DNA from: a virus
Virus record (IMG/VR): IMGVR_UViG_3300023174_000152
Span: 8,066-72,065 of that record
Direction: 5' to 3' (one strand)
DNA: 64,000 nucleotides
Within the stretch, counting starts at the first letter, position 1. The number at the start of each line of letters is the position of its first letter. This document shows, one piece after another, positions 61,529 to 64,000 of this stretch. The notes beneath the pieces were generated by a model. That model was not told the DNA's origin, did not search any database, and saw only the letters and a program-made list of their open reading frames with translations. Position numbers and translations under genes: made by a program.

Positions 61529-63288
61529 TACAAATAAAAGATCTTACCGTAAAAAACTTCATGAGCGTGGGCAATGCCACACAGGCCATTAACTTTGACC
61601 GTAAGGATCTCACGCTTGTTTTAGGAGAAAATCTAGACCTAGGCGGTGACGGCAGTCGCAACGGCACGGGTAAAACAACCATAATCAATGCCTTGAGCTA
61701 TGCTCTTTACGGGCAGGCTCTTACTAATATACGCAGAGACAATCTGATCAACAAAGCCAACGGCAAGAACATGTTGGTCAGTTTGGATTTCAATATCAAC
61801 GGACGCGAGTATCGGATCGAGCGTGGTCGCAAACCCAACGTGCTCAAGTTCTTTGTCAACAACGAAGAACAAGCCGCAGACGATAACTCACAAGGCGACA
61901 GTCGAGAAACACAGGATGCCATCGAGTCTGCCATGGGCATGACACACGACATGTTCCGCCATGTGTTAGCATTAAACACCTACACAGAACCTTTTCTAAG
62001 CCTCAAAGCCAATGATCAACGGGCCATAATCGAGCAACTGTTAGGTATCACTTTACTCAGTGAACGTGCAGAACGTATCAAAGAACTCAATAGAGAAACC
62101 AAAGATGCTATCTCACAAGAAGAGATGCGCATCCGTGCTGTACAAGAAGCCAACAAGCGCATCGAAGAACAGATTGAAAACCTGCGTCGTAGGCAGACAA
62201 TGTGGAAAAACAAACATGAGGAAGAAACGAACAAGCTCACAGCCGCGCTGGAAGAGCTCCAGAGGATCGACATCGATACAGAAGTACAAGCACACAAAGA
62301 TCACCGTGCGTGGGATCAAAAGCGCAAAGACATTAACGATCTGGCGACCCAGATCTCACGTACGAAGACGGATCTTGGACGAGAGCAAAAAAATATTGAG
62401 AAGCTTGAAAAGGAGATTGCACAGCTTGAAGCCCACACTTGCCATACCTGCGGTCAAGCGTTCCACGACAAAAAGCACCAACAAGTGTTGGAAACAAAGC
62501 AGACGGAACTGGCAACAGCAAGAACGGCAAGCCAGGAACATAGCCGACTGCTATCAGAGCTGGAGGCTGCCCACACCTCCTTGGGCGTGTTAGGCAAACC
62601 TCCTAAGATGTTCTATGATGAAGAAGAAGACGCCATACAGCATCGAGCTAACTTGGATAACCTACAACGTCAGCTGGATGCCAAACTACAGGAAGTAGAT
62701 CCTTATGGTGAGCAGATTGAAGAGATGACTGGGCAAGCCTTACAGACTGTGACCTACGATACTTTGAACGAGCTCACCAGACTGCAAGAACATCAAGACT
62801 TCTTGCTCAAACTGCTCACAAACAAAGATAGTTTTATCCGCAAGAAGATCATTGAACAAAACTTGAGCTATCTCAATGCGCGACTCACACACTACCTGGA
62901 CCGGATTGGTCTGCCTCATCAGGTCATATTCCAAAACGATCTCACTGTTGAGATCACCGAACTAGGTCGCGACTTAGATTTTGATAATCTAAGTAGAGGT
63001 GAACGCAACAGACTGATACTGAGTATGAGTTGGGCATTCCGCGATGTATGGGAAAGCCTGTATCATCCCATCAATGTGTTGTTCATTGACGAGTTGGTAG
63101 ATTCAGGCATGGACACACAGGGTGTAGAAAACTCATTGGCCTTGCTCAAGAAGATGAGTCGCGAACGACACAAGAGTATTTGGCTGGTAAGTCATAGAGA
63201 TGAGCTTGCAGGTCGTGTGGAGAACATACTCAAAGTGGTCAAAGAAAATGGCTTCACTTCTTACAACACAGATGTTGATATCGCATAA
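61525..63288 (+). CDS. gp46: Recombination ATPase subunit (Rad50/SbcC-like)
   Basis: KNFMSVG, Walker A RNGTGKT, coiled coil with zinc hook CHTC, signature LSRGE, Walker B LFIDE and H-loop VSH. Confidence 0.93.
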   Translation: MIQIKDLTVKNFMSVGNATQAINFDRKDLTLVLGENLDLGGDGSRNGTGKTTIINALSYALYGQALTNIRRDNLINKANGKNMLVSLDFNINGREYRIERGRKPNVLKFFVNNEEQAADDNSQGDSRETQDAIESAMGMTHDMFRHVLALNTYTEPFLSLKANDQRAIIEQLLGITLLSERAERIKELNRETKDAISQEEMRIRAVQEANKRIEEQIENLRRRQTMWKNKHEEETNKLTAALEELQRIDIDTEVQAHKDHRAWDQKRKDINDLATQISRTKTDLGREQKNIEKLEKEIAQLEAHTCHTCGQAFHDKKHQQVLETKQTELATARTASQEHSRLLSELEAAHTSLGVLGKPPKMFYDEEEDAIQHRANLDNLQRQLDAKLQEVDPYGEQIEEMTGQALQTVTYDTLNELTRLQEHQDFLLKLLTNKDSFIRKKIIEQNLSYLNARLTHYLDRIGLPHQVIFQNDLTVEITELGRDLDFDNLSRGERNRLILSMSWAFRDVWESLYHPINVLFIDELVDSGMDTQGVENSLALLKKMSRERHKSIWLVSHRDELAGRVENILKVVKENGFTSYNTDVDIA

Positions 63289-63327
63289 AAATATAAGGTT
63301 TCGGGGTAAACAGATAACTACAACTCA

Positions 63328-63762
63328 ATGTCATGGCTATTCGAATCACAAGAAATCACAGAGTTACCCGAAGACTGTGCTGGATTTGTTTATTTGATCA
63401 CTAATAAACTCACCGGCAGAAAGTATATTGGCAAAAAACTGGCAAAGTTTAAGAAAACAACATACAAAGTAGTCAAACTCAAAAATGGCAAAAAGAAACG
63501 TAAAAAACTTCGTGGCACTATAGATTCAGATTGGCAAACATATTATGGCAGTTCTCCGGAGTTATCTCGAGATGTTGAACTGCTAGGCATAGAAAACTTC
63601 TCACGCGAAATCCTATACTATTGCAAAACCAAAGCGGAATGCAGTTACATAGAAGCTCGCGAACAATTCTCCCGACGTGTATTAGAAAGTGATGACTACT
63701 ATAACGGGCACATACAAGTGCGTGTGCATGGCAGTCATATCAAAGGCAAAGTTAATCAGTAA
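63328..63762 (+). CDS. GIY-YIG family endonuclease (Seg/DenA-like)
   Basis: GFVYLITN...RKYIGKK...YYGSS...ENFSREIL...E...YYN. Confidence 0.8.
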   Translation: MSWLFESQEITELPEDCAGFVYLITNKLTGRKYIGKKLAKFKKTTYKVVKLKNGKKKRKKLRGTIDSDWQTYYGSSPELSRDVELLGIENFSREILYYCKTKAECSYIEAREQFSRRVLESDDYYNGHIQVRVHGSHIKGKVNQ

Positions 63763-64000
63763 AGACTCGCACAGGTCAATATCGTGTGCCGAACAGTAGA
63801 AACCTGGTTTCATTACGCAGGGATCCGAAGACTCACCGCTGAAGTGAGCACTCAATCAGTATCCTTAACAGGACCACGATCGCGAACTCCCGCGGTTTGA
63901 TTGTTTGAATAGAGTAGACAAAGGGAAAAAGACGTAGCAGTGATGCTACACGGTTTGTATGTATGTTAGCGTATAGATACAAGCCCGCCGTTGTATAAAG
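63763..64000 (+). ncRNA. Candidate structured non-coding RNA, truncated by the window end
   Basis: No ORF in the track. Dense consecutive hairpins: GCACA/TGTGC, GAAAC/GTTTC, CTCAC/GTGAG, CAATCA/TGATTG enclosing two stems, GTAGCA-GTGA-TGCTAC and GGTTTGTAT/ATACAAGCC. Confidence 0.5.

Noticed and set aside
1-64000. Stop-codon reassignment, as seen in some large phages
   Set aside because: Code 11 yields full-length, tightly tiled genes including a 14.6 kb ORF, and TAA, TGA and TAG all terminate genes at sensible positions.
1-64000. CRISPR array, tRNA/rRNA genes, integrase, transposase or reverse transcriptase/DGR
   Set aside because: No regularly spaced direct repeats, cloverleaf with T-loop consensus, or RT/recombinase motifs were seen by eye. 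A tRNAscan or CRISPR scan would be needed for certainty.
63763-64000. Group I intron hosting the GIY-YIG gene
   Set aside because: gp46 upstream is complete, and canonical P/Q/R/S core sequences could not be identified in the visible part. Not fully excluded because the region is truncated.

Overview
This window is part of a large lytic myovirus genome with T4-like late-transcription and recombination genes. It uses standard genetic code 11, is densely packed with mostly overlapping stop/start codons, and shows no tRNA, rRNA, CRISPR array or integrase. From left to right: (i) 1-1.5 kb, the end of an accessory cluster (2OG-Fe(II)-type oxygenase, SDR). (ii) 1.6-8 kb, sigma70-promoter-driven genes including a MoxR-type AAA+ ATPase, an HExxH/VWA partner, small hypothetical proteins and thyX. 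(iii) 8-30.3 kb, a ~22 kb biosynthetic-type cluster: NDP-sugar epimerase/dehydratase, DegT aminotransferase, amidinotransferase, NodU/TobZ-type carbamoyltransferase with a coupled 33-aa 'PFIY' peptide, five radical-SAM enzymes with N-terminal Cys-rich auxiliary domains, four GT10-like 'TEKxxKP' paralogues, four GT-A-like proteins and an SGNH-like protein, interrupted by a GIY-YIG/NUMOD3 homing endonuclease. (iv) 30.4-59.5 kb, a minus-strand tail/baseplate module including a 4854-aa protein and gp6-, gp25-, gp5- and gp53-like genes. (v) 59.6-64 kb, gp55-like late sigma factor, gp47/gp46 nuclease, a GIY-YIG nuclease and a strongly structured non-coding stretch cut off by the window end. The best candidate for an undescribed system is the multi-radical-SAM, amidino/carbamoyl-sugar glycosylation cluster next to the tail-fibre genes. 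Other notable signals are a candidate bipartite late promoter (AACTWAGCCGTTT-N10-TAAATAC), apparently leaderless transcripts, a zero-gap divergent gene pair sharing one CATG, and two structured RNA candidates. All product calls come from reading motifs by eye; no database searches were run.
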